Positions 26,463 to 39,707 are shown, numbered from the whole stretch's first letter. The stretch: DNA of 63,570 nucleotides, filler included, from Atractiella rhizophila (GCA_021432655.1; 5 parts of 5 records of this genome joined end to end with filler, not necessarily neighbours in it); one strand, 5' to 3'. The notes: generated by a model from the sequence alone, not told the origin. Numbers and translations are program-made.

Positions 26463-27915
26463 ATGGACTCAAATCCACCAGCTACGGCCAAACAGCGTTT
26501 AGACCGTCAAAACGTGCGTGCTTCATCTATGCTCTGTCATGTACATATTCATGACCAACGAGGACAGGCGCGAGATCCATCAGCTCCCTTCGTACCCATC
26601 TGCTTACACACCTCTCGCACAGAGTGCGGCTTACATTTGCGACCGGGTGAACGATGCGATAGGGCCCACTTCGAACCTATCATCTTGCCACAGACGGATA
26701 GGAAGCTGGGCGACTGCTCGTATCTCAATACTTGTCATCACCTGGACACATGTCGGTGAGCCCTCTAGACCATTCGATGCTGACCCAACTGATGTGAGGT
26801 GGTGTGATTAAAAGATATCTCCATTGGCAGTTAGAGGAACCGACGCCGAGAAATTCAGTCAAGATCGAGAGAGAAGAGTTCGGTGAAAGTGGAAAGAGGG
26901 AGAAGAACCGATTGCCTCCTCAGTACATCAACGGAGACTGTCGAACAATTGATCCGGAAGTGATGGGGAAATTCGAGATTGTGCTGGCTGATCCCCCATG
27001 GGATATCCATCAGAATGTGAGTTTCCCAACCATGCGCGTCCGCCCATCTTGTCTTGTTATGATCGATAACTTATGACCTGTGTCCCAGTTGCCATACGGT
27101 ATGTCTCATTTGGCGTCAAGGCTAGTTTGCGAAGATTTGGAGGATAGGGACCATGACGGACGACGATATGCGCGCCATGCCCATCCCTCAGTTACAAGAT
27201 GACGGGGGACTGCTCTTCTTGTGGGTGACAGGGAGAGCAATGGATGTAGCTCGCGACCTGTTAGTCCATTGGGGGTCCGTCGTCTCCTGTCTCTGTACCG
27301 CTGAAACTGATGTGATCACGTTTTATTACGACAGATACGAGCGTGTAGACGAGATCGTATGGGTGAAGACGAACCAACTTCAGCGTCTGATTCGTACAGG
27401 TATCTTCGTGCTCCCCTACAGAGAAAATTCTCGATATCTAATTCCCTCTCTTCCTTCGGCGTAACAGGTCGGACCGGTCACTGGCTGAACCACACGAAAG
27501 AGCACTGTCTGGTCGCCATTCGCCGGACGGACCCATCACAGCCCGCACGGTTTCCCAGTTGGGCTAAGAGGGGCATAGACGGCGACGTGATTGTTTCTGA
27601 GGTGAGGGAGACATCGAGGAAGCCGGACGAGCTTTACGAGATTATCGAGCGCCTTTGTCCCGACGGGAGAAAGATTGAGTTCTTTGGGAGGTGGCACAAT
27701 TTGAGGGAAGGCTGGTACGACCATCTATTCTACTCTTCATTCACATGAAATATTGACCTTGCATCACTTGTGCCGTTAGGATCACTTGCGGCAATCAGCT
27801 GGAGGGAATGAATATTGTCGAGGAGGAGGTTGTGAAGAGATGGAATAGAAAGTGGCCGGATAGACCCATTCGAGCGAATCAATCTTCTGCTGTTGGCCCT
27901 CCGAAAGCTCGATAA
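26463..27915 (+). CDS. IME4: mRNA m6A methyltransferase, METTL3/Ime4 (MT-A70)
   Basis: Two CCCH fingers (CLHTSRTEC...[23 protein letters not shown]); catalytic [52 protein letters not shown]; start uncertain. Confidence 0.95.
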
Positions 27916-28151
27916 TCCGCCTTCGAAGATGGTAGGGGTTGAGCTCTGCCATTCCATTTATTCAGCCTGTTGCGGCATAAACGCCGAAGATTTTGAACCT
28001 GAATGCACTGGATTTTATCGATTCCTTAATGACGTCATTCGGTTGCCTTTATGTTCATGTTCATATAACAATTGCTATGAGTTGTATTTCTTGATGCCAT
28101 TTTTCGCTTGGGTTCAAAGTGCAAGGCTTCTTCCACTGCAATGAATACGGA

Positions 28152-30057
28152 TCAAGGTATCGATAAATCTCCCGTGACGCTAACAGGAACAACACTTGGC
28201 GTATCAACTCGACTCGGCACAGGTGTTCCCTGCTTGCTGGAAACCGCACTGCCCGCCTTCTGAGGTGTCATAACCGGAGTGCTACCTCTACTCTCCCCGA
28301 CCTTCTCCTCCACATCCTTTCCCGACGCTCCAGCCGCGGTCGCAGTTGCTCTTTTGCCCCCTCTGCCCTGCCCCTTCTTCCGCTTCACCGCAGTCGTCTT
28401 CGCCGTCCCCTCCTGACTCTTCTCCTCCTGCCTCTGCAAGAGCTTCATCTCTGTCTCCGCCTCCTCCTCGTCCAAATCATCCAAACGTGACTGAAGGGCG
28501 ATGTACTCTGGGTACCATTCAGCCAACGGTTTCGGAGTGAACCCCTCTACCCTTTCTGGTGGTGGGAAGGCGAAGGATGGGCCGGCGTTGAGAGCGACGG
28601 AGCCACCACCATAGACGGAGACGAAGGGGTAATATCCCAGGGACCCATCGTCATTCACATTCTCCCGACTGCGCTGGATAGCTTCGTTCCTGTCTTTTGG
28701 CCTTTTGCGATCGGCATGCGGTTTCAGAGGGAGGAAATCGAAGAGGTCCTCGAAGGCAGTCCCCATCGGCTCACCATTTTTAAAAAAGCACAGTTTTGAA
28801 CCGGTCAGCTTCTTCAGAGGTCGTAAAGCAGGTTCTTCTGTCTTCGTACGCCTCGGTGGCTTGCCGCCTGGTGCAGTCGACTTGGCAGTTACCGTCGGTT
28901 TCGCTTTTTCACGCAATTTGGCTACCATTGGGTCGAGTTCAAGGTACTCCTTCTCTTGTTCATATTCTAGACACTCGTAGTATAATCGAGCCTTAAACCG
29001 GACGGGAACGCGGCGACGCACGACGTGTGCTGTGTCTCTTGGATCTGAAGGATTCGGTTCCCGCATGGTTGGTAGGTGCAGGAAGACACCAATTACGTCT
29101 CCTGTGGTGAAAGGACTGCCATACGCTTGGGGAGTGGACAGGTGGATGCGCTCGCCTGACTTGTCACGGATGCCATACGAATATCTGTAGACATGGGCGC
29201 CAAACACTTCTGATAAGCAAGGAAGCAGATCAACAAAGGAGGCTACAAACGCATCAACTCCTATGGGATGGTTAAGCGAGCTCTCCCTCCTTCCAATCCC
29301 AAGCCTCACGTGGGCTCCGTCTCTCGGTGCGGCCGCTCCGAGCAGCTCTTTGTCCCCGTTCCCTCTGGTCACCTTAAATTCCCAATACCAGCTCCCTTCC
29401 CTGACCGGCACATTTGCTCTAACGCTCCTGAAGCCTTTATCCGTCGTCGCCTCCGTCCCCGTCTTGTTCAGCATCACATAAGTCGACCTGTCCTCCCAAC
29501 TGAATCGCACCACGTCGGCTGGAGAGGATTGCATGCTTCGATATATCGTGTATCGTGGATCCAGCAATGTCGCGGAATTGGGTTGTTGGACGAGGAGGGA
29601 AGACTCTTGGAAGATGGAGTGCAAGGAATATATCGGAAGGATTTGACGTTGGTAGGATAGCTTCGAGTGAGGTAGAATCCATGAGCAGCAAAAGAGGGAT
29701 TAGAATGCATTTCCCAGTCCGGAATCACGTCCACTGGCTTCTGAAGAGTTACTGCTGCCACTGCATCCTTGATGCCGGGAGAATGGGATGTGCCTGGAGG
29801 AGGAGTTGCATAGGGCGAAGGGGAGGCGGAATCCCCTTCTAACTTTCGCTTAAGGGGGACAACTGATGTTGCTTGCGCTAACTATTCCATTGAACTATCA
29901 GAAAACGCGTTCTGGAGGGAGAAAAACACACCTTGTCGCCTCCTTTTGCTGGGGCTTCGACAACTTCGTCCTCTGGTGGTGGGCTCTCCCCTCGCTCCTC
30001 TACTACGTGTCCAAAATAATAAGGCCGCAATAGTTCATCTTCTTCGTACTGCTGCAT
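28152..30057 (-). CDS. ASH2: COMPASS/Set1C subunit Ash2/Bre2 (SPRY)
   Basis: FSWEDRS, KGFRSVRANVPVREGSWYWEF, AHVRLGIGRRE, GDVIGV, FFKNG, GYYPFVSVYGGG; 5' exons approximate, frame discontinuity near 29580. Confidence 0.88.
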
Positions 30058-30267
30058 CTTTCTAAGTTGTTAAGGGCGAATATGGCTGGTTTTCTGGTTT
30101 TCTGCTCTGGACAGAGTTGCTTGTGTTTGCACTGTGTACTTACTTTCCCGCACGGACCAGCCTACGCGCCAATTGCCAACTTCAACTTGCGTAGACGTAA
30201 ACTACTTAGCGACCACTTTTCTCTCTGTGAACAACTCCCTCTTTAATATAGAGCAGTGGAACGCGAC

Positions 30268-33200
30268 ATGGACTCAGACTTTACTACGCGCCCCCGCCAG
30301 AATATCACGTCAACTTACAAATCACGAAAGCGAGAGAAGCGACCAGTAGTAGAGATCCCGGCGCCGTCAGAGGATAGAAGCCCTGCAAGTGCAAAGAGGA
30401 AGAGGAATGAGGAGGAGCATGTTCAGAAAGAAAAATCTGGAGAGAAGCCAAATGCGAAGAAGAGTAGAACCACGAAAGACAGCAGCGATGGTACGTTATC
30501 TGCGTTGCTTCGATGTGGAAAGTTATGGCAGATAGTTCCCTGCCTTCTTTGGTCTTTTGGAGAGTTTGTCTAACGTTTGACATGCAATGTAACGTGCGAA
30601 AATTGCATGCAATGACGAAATGTATGCATTTATAAACAACTGTTACGGACACCAAGCGGCAATTGCTCCTTGATTGTCAATCGTAATACAACAGCCAGGC
30701 GCAACGAGGATCTAAATCTGTGCATTGTCCTTACACTTATCATGAACTCCCCACGGTAGAATATTGTACCGTCAACTAAAGCTCGCTTGACTTCCCTTGT
30801 TTCCTTGACGAGTACACGCGGCCGCCTTAGGAGCATTACCTTTAACATTATCCTGACTTGATCATTGTTCCTCCTTGCATTCTGTTGAATCTAACTTTCA
30901 CCATCTTCTTCAGTGTCGACACCAACACCCTTCCGTCGTCGCAGTCTCCACGAAGTCTTTCAAGTACCAGGCAGCAGCCGAAACGGCTTAGACTCCACGC
31001 TTCCAGAGTTAGAGGAAGAAGTTGTGACTTCGACTGTAGAGTTGAGTGCGGGTAGAGAGAAGAGGAAGCGAAAAAGGGCAGAGGAGCAGGAAGGTCACGT
31101 TCAGAAGCCACTACCAGAAGTCGTTGAAAATGAGGCGGAGGAGGCACTAAGCCGTGCGAGCACGGGGAGGAAGAGGAAGCGTCGGATAGTGCAAGATGAA
31201 GATGAGGAGCGAAACACTCTGAAGCTCCCGAAGGAGGGGGTTATTCGAACCCTGAGTGAAGAGGACAAGCAACAGCAACCGAGAGATGTGGCAGAAGGTG
31301 GAGGGGCGAGGACAGAGGAAGCTGAGGAAGCACTCAGTCGTAGGAGCACAGGGAGGACGAAGAGGAAGCGCCAGATTATGCAAGATGAGGAGGAAGACAT
31401 GACACTGAGGCACAACATGGCGCGGGAGACGACACCGATTCCTCCTGCTGGATCTCATCCTCCTTTCTCACAGAAGAAATCAGCTCCACCTTCGACATCG
31501 AGGAACAAATCGATATCTAATCTCAATGTAGCTAAGAGCGAAATTGAGACGGAGGAAGAGATCGTTGTTGTTATGAGGAGGAAGTCCAAGTCACCGGTGA
31601 AGGGGAAGGGGAAGGAAACAGAAAACAGAAGGGAACATCCTGTTCTAGAGGAGTCGGCACTTCGGGTATTTTCCTCAACGAGAAATGATCCGACGAAAGG
31701 GAAGAGGAGAGAGGTTCCAGTCGATCACGGCCCGCCTTCTAGAGCCCCCGGCCCAACCCGTTCGGTACACGCTCATCGAACTGCTTCTACCACCTTGTTT
31801 CCGATCCAAAGCGAGAAAAAATCACGGCCTCAATCCAACGAGCACAGTAATTCTGAGACTGTGGGACGTCGTTCATCCCATGTCGTGCACAAGTCCGCAG
31901 AGAGGGCAAAGCAATCACGCAGGAAGCGACAGATCGCTCAAGATGATGATGATGATCAGCAGACGTCACTTGATGAAGACACTCCTGCATCTCTTCCTCC
32001 TCGCCCATCTACGCCTCCATTGCTGGTTGGCCTCCAGAATGGTAGACCGCCACTTTCGCCAGCAAGGAACCTTAGTGCCGTCTTTCAGGACTTGATCGAC
32101 TTGGGAGAGCCATCTGCACAAGGAGAGAAGGAAGAAGGGAAAGCCAAGGTAGTTGAGAGAATGAAGCTGAAGAAGTCTAACACGCTCCTTTTCTCCAACC
32201 CTGCTTCGCCTGGCAAAGAGCCTGTCTCACCCGCATCAAATGGCTTGCTTGGTCACACGGCGTCGCTACCAACCAACATTAGCCCATCCCCTCGCCTTGA
32301 CATCCCTCCTACCCTCAGACGAGAGGTATCTGCACCGTCTGCAACATCCTCTCCAAACAAGTTGTCGCGTACACCTTCCCGCGTGCTTCCTGCTGTCCCA
32401 ATTCCAGAAGCGAGACCCGCACCAACACCACTGAAGAACACATATGGCAAGAACCGAAGCTTCCGCATAGATCCGTCGGCCCCTAGTGATACATTACTAG
32501 ATAGCCTGGAGGATGTACACCACGAGCCATCCAAAAAGAAGACACCAGTAAAGAACGATGATACCTCTCCTCGCTCTGCTCTAAAAGAGATGACATCCAA
32601 GTTGAAAGTACGGGAAACATATACCGAGATGCGAAAACGGTGGGGGATTGATTTGGACGACGACGATGGGATTACGGACGACTACTATAATGTGAGATCA
32701 ATCGCTGAGCTGAGGAGCGTAGGAGAGAGCAAAAGGTTCGAGGACGACTTGAATTATCTGTTGGAGGGTTTCAAGAAAGAAGAGCCGATTGGGATCAAGA
32801 GGACGAGTGCAATTGAGATCTTGAGGAAGATGGGCGAGGCAGAGTTTTTGAGGAAACTCAAAGCCACTGGGGGCTTCGACCGCGTGTACAAGGCTTTCAG
32901 AACAGCAGGTGGGGGTGATGGTGACAGAGTGCGTACCATTCTCTCCTGGCCGTAAATCAAGGCTAACAAGAAACAGGTGCTGGATCCCGCTTTCGCGTTT
33001 CTGCTCTGCCTCATAGCTTCCCAATCACGATCCATCGACATTCTGATTCGCATGGACCCCTCGGATGATGCCGGTGCATCGTCGTCAACGTCAACAAATC
33101 CTCCTGATGTTTTGGTTGCGCTTACGAGTATGTTAAACAGAGGTTGGGCGGGAGATGAGCTGGGAGGCGGAATGGGGTCGTCGAAGGTACTAGGGAAGAC

Positions 33201-34542
33201 AGAGAAGAAATTTGTGCGTGCTTGGCTCTCAATCCAACTTTGCCTAATATCGTGGTATTGTCAGCAAACATCTCTCAAAGAGTTGATTACACAGTCTCCC
33301 CTACTTTACCTCCATGTTGATGTGGTCAGTCTTCATCCTTCCGCGCTCTATCGTATAACTAATATTCATCAACTGACCAGCTATCGCTTCGCTTTCTTTG
33401 TCTTTCTACCTTGGCACCTTTGGTGACCGCGAGCAGTGACAGATTCGATGTAGCCTCCTTCATCACCAGTACAGGATGCTTGCGACATATTCTCACGAGT
33501 CTGACAAATGATTTTGTTGCAGTTGCGAATGTGAGGCTCTGGCGTTGATTCTGCACCCGAGGTTTAACGAAGATGTATAGAGTATCATCTTAAGGTCTCG
33601 GCAGTCACTGCTTGACGGCATCGACTTTGCACTTCAAATCACGGAGCGCTGCATGACCACGTGCGATGAGGCCTTGGACGTTGCAAATGAGCAGATTTCC
33701 CGTCTCCCGAAAGCTGCAGAAGCCTTCCTAGTATCAGCCTATTTCCTCGCGTCCGATGAGGACCACCGTATAGCAGCTTCCGGTACGTTTTTGACAAATC
33801 ACCTTGCTTCTTTCCTTACCCAAGTGTGCAGCTCTCAGTTGTATCTTCAGTAGCCTCAAAGTTTTCATCAGCACTACCACGTCCAATCATGCATGGTCTT
33901 CAGCACTTGGCGCTTGTCCAAATGTCATTCCCATTCTAATCCGATACCTTGCCTCGTGTCAGGAAAAGGACGAAGACATCAAGCAGATGCCTAAATCTAA
34001 AGCCGACATCGCAAAATTTGATCTCATGTGCCTTTGCCTCTGTCTTCTATCAAACTTAGTGGAAGCAGACTCCAACTGCAGAGAGATGCTTCTGAATTTA
34101 CGTGAGCAACTACTCTCTACATGGTTACTGAGCTTAATTCATAATACAAACCAGATCTCGATCCTCCGTGCAAGGATCCTGCCTGTATTCCAGACTGCCG
34201 ATGCAAGAATCGCCGTCCAAATATCCATGTCCTCACTTCTTTATATCTAGAACAAGTTCGTCAGAGCGCAGAGAACGTATGGAGTCCTTTATATCCAGGA
34301 ATCTCTTGCTGACTTTCTTTTAGGAAGATGCATCTTTTGCGGCTACTTACGCTGGTCTTCTCTTGGGCATAGCAATTGCTGATCAGCCTGCCGTGCAAGA
34401 AATCGTTATGAGGGACCTCAACGAGGATGAAGAGGTGATTAAAGCGCTTGAGCAAAGTATGAAAGAGCTCGAAGCAAAAAGAAAGGAAGGGGAAACAGAA
34501 GATTTAGATACGGAAAGTCCAGTTGGCATAAAAATTCCATGA
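30268..34542 (+). CDS. WPL1: Wings apart-like cohesin release factor (Wpl1/Rad61)
   Basis: Long disordered N-terminus, then VRSIAELRSVGESKRFEDDLNYLLEG...IKRTSAIEILRKM WAPL signature and helical C-terminal exons (LCLCLLSNLVE). Confidence 0.8.
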
Positions 34543-35111
34543 AAGTACGATGTACTACCATCGTCATCTACATAAAGTCATGGTAATGGAGGTTCTTGCA
34601 ATGTTGCCACGACAACTTCGAGCACACTGATGCTTAAACAGAAATCAAACATGATCGTGCGGAGGTGGCTGATTGATTGCTGGTCACTCCCAACACAAGT
34701 TGTTGCAGTCGTTCAGTGCTTCTCCCTGTTTTGCCGCCTAAGCAAACATGATTCTTGTCTATGGGCTGGGAGCCGAGCGGCTCATGACCTCGACTCCATG
34801 AATGTACCAAACCAAACTAAAAGTTGGCCAAAAGGGGATAATCGACATGTTATCTTATAGAGTTAGGATTGGGGGCAAACCAGCGACGTGCCTGGATTCC
34901 AGCAACATCTATCCTTGAAGACCATTCCCGTCGCCGTCACTATTTTTATTGTTCACTCACACCATTTGCAGCCTGCAGACCCGTTTCCACTTTGATTTAA
35001 ATGATATGGCATGAAATCATAAAGCTTGAGATACACCGAAGACGCATATGCAAATGATGCAGGGAGGCAGGGAGGAGTGAGGAGGTGACGGCGGAAAGGG
35101 AAGGGATGTAT

Positions 35112-35665
35112 TTAGAAAACAAGAGCGGCACCCTTCGTCTTCTTGTCTCCACCGAGTTCGAAACTGTTGCACGAAAATTAACTCCATCCTGCCGTAAGGA
35201 CTGAAGGGGACGAACTGTTTACACCTCTTCAGGGCAAGTTGCATCTTGTACTTGCATGCCGTGCACTCCAGCCGTAGTACGACCTTCTTCGTCGTCTTTG
35301 CTTTCTTGTGGAAAACGGGTTTTGTCTATACATCCAGCACAAGCACATCCATCTCATTCAACCCATGCCTACGTCGCTAAGGATGAACGCACCTGTCCAC
35401 CATAACCGGATTGTTTACGGTCATAACGCCTCTTTCCCTGAGCGGCAAGCGACGCCTTTCCCGTCTTGTATTGCGTTACTTTGTGAGGGGTGTGCTTGCG
35501 GCACTGCTTCCCCTTGCTTTACAGCAGTTTCTGTTAGATTGTCGCATTAGGGTGTAAGGGGATCGTGCTAACCAGAATGTTCTGCACAAACATCATCAGC
35601 ATCGGCTCGAGCCTGGGTCTCAGGGAAAAAGACACATACCGACGGGTCTTCGGAATGTTAACCAT
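35112..35665 (-). CDS. RPL42: 60S ribosomal protein eL42 (L42/L44)
   Basis: Spliced [29 protein letters not shown]...[36 protein letters not shown]...[11 protein letters not shown]. Confidence 0.97.
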
Positions 35666-35961
35666 TATGACAAGATCTGAAAGGATTCGTATCTTCCTTC
35701 AATACCTCCAAGCTCAACTCACCTGGTCAAAAAAACAGGAAGCCTAAAGTCTTTAACCTTATTCCGTAGTTTACATGTAGTTTCAGGAGGACCCTTTCTT
35801 TCGCACGTGCTGAGATCATGCCTCAAGATCAAAAGTTGAAGTTGCATTAGCTGGCATTGGCTGGCATTAGCGAGGCTGCAGGATTGCTGGAGCGATTACG
35901 ATACCCAGATTCAAATATTCAAGGCTGACTTGAGTCCATCAAGAGTATATCTGCAGGCACA

Positions 35962-37456
35962 ATGCTCGTTTTCTACTCGCCGCTATGTCTGTTGCACAAT
36001 CCGCCATGCGAGTTCCTCTCTTCACGCCTTCATCCATACATGGAATCGCCTGATCGGATCAAAGCCATCCTTGACGCTCTCACATTACGGTCCACCGTCT
36101 CTTTCACCTTTCACAAACTGTCAGATCAGGAGGTCGAGGAGAGGAGATCAGATGTGGTAGAGCTGTTGGGAAATGTGCATTCTGAACAGTATCTCACTTG
36201 GTTGGAGAATGGATGGAGGGAGGCGAAAGACAAAGGCTTAGTTGAGAATGGAGTTCAGTTCGTTCCAAGCATTCTCACATCTATAAGGAGACCCCGATGA
36301 CTGACATTTCTCCAAAGGACTCGTTCTTCCCGGAGACTTTCCTTCATCAGAAACTGATGACGGAACACGGAGGACGCTTTCGACTACATATGCTTTCACC
36401 TATTGCCAAAGCTGGATTGTTTTCTTTCGATCTTAGTGCTCCCCTTACCGAAGGTCCGTTGATCATGTCCACATCAGCCTTGCTAACATTCTGCATCGCA
36501 GACACATGGAAATCTGCTTTTGCGTCAGCAGTCTGCGCTCACCAAGCAGCACTCTCTTTGCTGTCACCAGATAGTCCAGGATCAGCATTTGCTCTGATGT
36601 GCGTGGTTCCTGATATACAGTCATACAACAGCTAATACCACCGTGCTACAGCCGCCCACCTGGACATCATGCTGCAACTCAGCTTATGGGCGGCTACTGC
36701 TTCATCAACAACGCCTGTCTCGCCTACTATGCGCTACGGAAAGCCTCGCCGGATTGCAAAGTAGGGATTGTAGATATTGATTATCACGGCGGGAATGGGA
36801 CAATGAGTGTGCGTACTGGTGTTCTTTGATAGGCTGTTCCGTGAGCCTCCGTGTAGGTGTTGGAAGGCGAAGAGGACGTTTTCTACCTCAGCTTGAATGG
36901 GGAAGGCGACTATCCATGTTAGCATTTTATATTTCTCCCTTATCTCTTGACTGACAACGTTCCAAATGTAGACTTCACCAACTTGCCAGGCGAGACTGAA
37001 GATGGACGGCGCATCAATATCGCGCTGCCTCAAGGTAAGTGCTCTACCTTTCAGGGCGAGAACTGAACGCGGAACACAAGGAACGACGGATGCTGATTAC
37101 CTCCATAACCTTTCTTGGGGTCTGGAAAAGCTTAGCGCTTTCTCTCCTGACTTCATCATAGTTAGGCAAGTCATCCTGCTCATCCTACGCACTCCACTTA
37201 ACATTTTCCATAAGTCTGGGAGTGGATACAGCGGCTTCTGATCCCATTCAAGACGTAGTATACCTTTCACAAGACTGTTATCCTCAAATTGGTCAACAAA
37301 TCAAAGGGCTAGGAAAGAAAACCGTCTTCTTGATGGAAGGGTATGTCCTCCTTCTGTCAGATTGAAAGATGAGCTAAATCAGCGGATAGCGGGTACGATT
37401 TGAAGTCGATCGGCGATTCCGTTCGAGGCGTTTTGGAGGGATTCATTCGTGCATAG
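35962..37456 (+). CDS. Histone deacetylase-fold enzyme, acetylpolyamine amidohydrolase-like
   Basis: ESPDRI, FSFDLSAPL, RPPGHHA...GGYCFINNA, IVDIDYHGGNGT, SLGVD, MEGGY. Confidence 0.85.
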
Positions 37457-37551
37457 AGAAATTGGGAAGAAAATTAACGAATGCTCAACAATTGAGGTCA
37501 TGATACGAGGCACTAGATATAGGAATGTAACATTATAATTACTCGCAGGAA

Positions 37552-39119
37552 TCAAGGGATGACGGTGTATTTTGGTCTTTTCAGTCTCAGTCCATGGCCT
37601 TCCGCGGGGCCCTCCTACAAAACAACATGCGTCAGCTCATATCCTAAATCAGGCCAAGGAAGACATATGACGAACCCAAGGATTGTCGCCCATGAAAGGC
37701 TTGCAATAAACATGCAGCAGTCGCTCGAACTCCTCTGGTTCGATATTCAAGTCTGCCCAGCTCCTCCAAACCATTCCCTCCTTCACAGGCTCCAACCCGA
37801 CCTGCCAGAAATGCCCAGGTTCCTCAACATACGGTCCCTCTGAGACTTCCGTTCCTTTATCGTTGATAAACCTCCTCCTTACATCATCCGAAGCCCAAGT
37901 AGGGAACCACACGCCTTTCTCCCACGCCTTCGCATAGAGAAGGAACGCAGACTTAGAGGGAGCAAAACCTTGAGAGAGCGGCTTTTTGGGGAGGATGATC
38001 GTGGAGAGGAGGTCTTGCAGTTGACGGTGAGTATAAGCTTTGGGACCGGGGAGGGTGAAGAGGGAGTTGGGACCAATGTAGTCAGACGATTCGAGGGTGA
38101 ACAAGGCTTGGGCGACGTCGAGAACGTGGACAGGGCGGGTAAGGGTCTGCCCATGGTTTACGCGCCACGACCAAGGCTGGCGGACCATCGAGTTGATGAA
38201 GCGGTCTTCATGGCCGTACATTGGTCCAGGACGGACGATCTATCAATAGAAGATGAGAATGACGGTGGCAGGTAAGAGAAGGGCTGACAGTGGCATTTTC
38301 GAAAGCTTCCACGACTGCAGCTTCGCCTTCGTACTTCGCACGATAGACCTGACTCTTGGAGTCAGGGTCGGCGTTCAAGTGTGAGACTTGAATGAACTTC
38401 CGGACGCCAGTGAGTGCTGAAATCCTCGCTAAGCGGCGAGATGTTTCCACGAAGACTGAGTTGTAGCCGAAATTTCTAACTCTCTGTCAGCTCCAGTCAT
38501 TTGGGAAGAAGAAACACACTTGGTCTCATAGTCTCGCCCAATCAGATTGTAGACTACGTCGGAGTGCCGAACACATTCTTCTATCTGGTAATCATTTCTA
38601 GCATCGAATTCCTAGCCGTCTATGTCAAAACTTGACCTGCAAAGTGACAGAGGAAAGTGAACCATCGGGATCACAACTCCCAAATCGCCTGTCACTTTCA
38701 GATGTCTAGCATCATCCGGGTCTCTATAAGCGACGATGACCTGCGTTCCTCTCCTCGCTAGCACCCGAAACGGCATCACAACACCATCCCATCCCATTGC
38801 GCGCAAGAGAACACCGTACCGAGTTTAGACACGAGATAACGACCTAGAAAACCTGTCGCTCCAAAAACAGTAGCTACATGTCCAGTGACACTTGAGCGAC
38901 CTCCTGGGCCGGCAGAGACGATGGGACTTCTGCCGGTGTTGCTGCTAGGAGGGATTTGAAGGTCGTGTAAGGAACGCTGCAAACAGGCGTCAGAAGCCCT
39001 TTCTTTTGCCGATTTTTTGACGACGGACCGTAAATGTCTTCCGGGGAAGTGCGCGAGTCGCTGTACTGGCGTCAGAGGGATTTCTGGGAAGTGAAAACCT
39101 TACCTATTCGACTCGACAT
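37552..39119 (-). CDS. NDUFA9: NADH:ubiquinone oxidoreductase 39/40 kDa subunit
   Basis: [74 protein letters not shown]. Confidence 0.95.
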
Positions 39120-39707
39120 GGTTGTTGGTGTTCGTGTTTTTGTTCGCACCGAAATGTAAATCGCCGCTGTAGTACAATGTGAACCAATCAAGCCAATTGC
39201 GTTTGTTTCAAATTGTTCCACTTTTCTTTTTTGTAGCTTTTTGTAGACAGGACGTGAGCTTGGGCAGTGCAACACGACACAAGGTACCTGTTTCAGTGTG
39301 TCTTCGCATGTTTTGTTTGCAAGTTTGGTCACTATCTGCCTTTCTGATTGAGAAATTACGGTTCTTCTGAGCCTTGTGGAGGCTGCAGAAAATAAATTAT
39401 GAGAAGAAGCACAAAGCGTCGCCACATCACCACAGCTGACACACCTTGACTAGTTTGATCTTATATCCTATTAAGGCATTCATGCTTAATGCGTGCCTTA
39501 ATGACACAAATTAGGCATGCTATTGATGTTCATTATTCTTCAGTATCCATTTGCACTACATTCGCACTACATTCTTGTTGCACTGGAAGTGTCCGTTCAA
39601 ACTTAAAATGTCCACGAGCATTTGAAAACATGCAGATTCTTACAAATGTCCATAAGAAGAGGTCCTTTGTATTAAAAATGTCCTTTGTTGAGCTTTATCA
39701 AGCAATA

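Noticed and set aside
29520..29640. Programmed frameshift or pseudogenisation of ASH2
   Set aside because: No canonical slippery heptamer, and the rest of the gene is intact. A one-base assembly error or a weak-donor 56-nt intron explains it more simply.
35310..35325. Cycloheximide-resistance allele of eL42
   Set aside because: The sequence reads GQTKPVF, the usual sensitive Pro56.
39470..39502. MITE or Helitron end at the ATTAAGGCA...TGCCTTAAT inverted repeat
   Set aside because: A single short hairpin; no partner terminus, TSD or second copy in the window.
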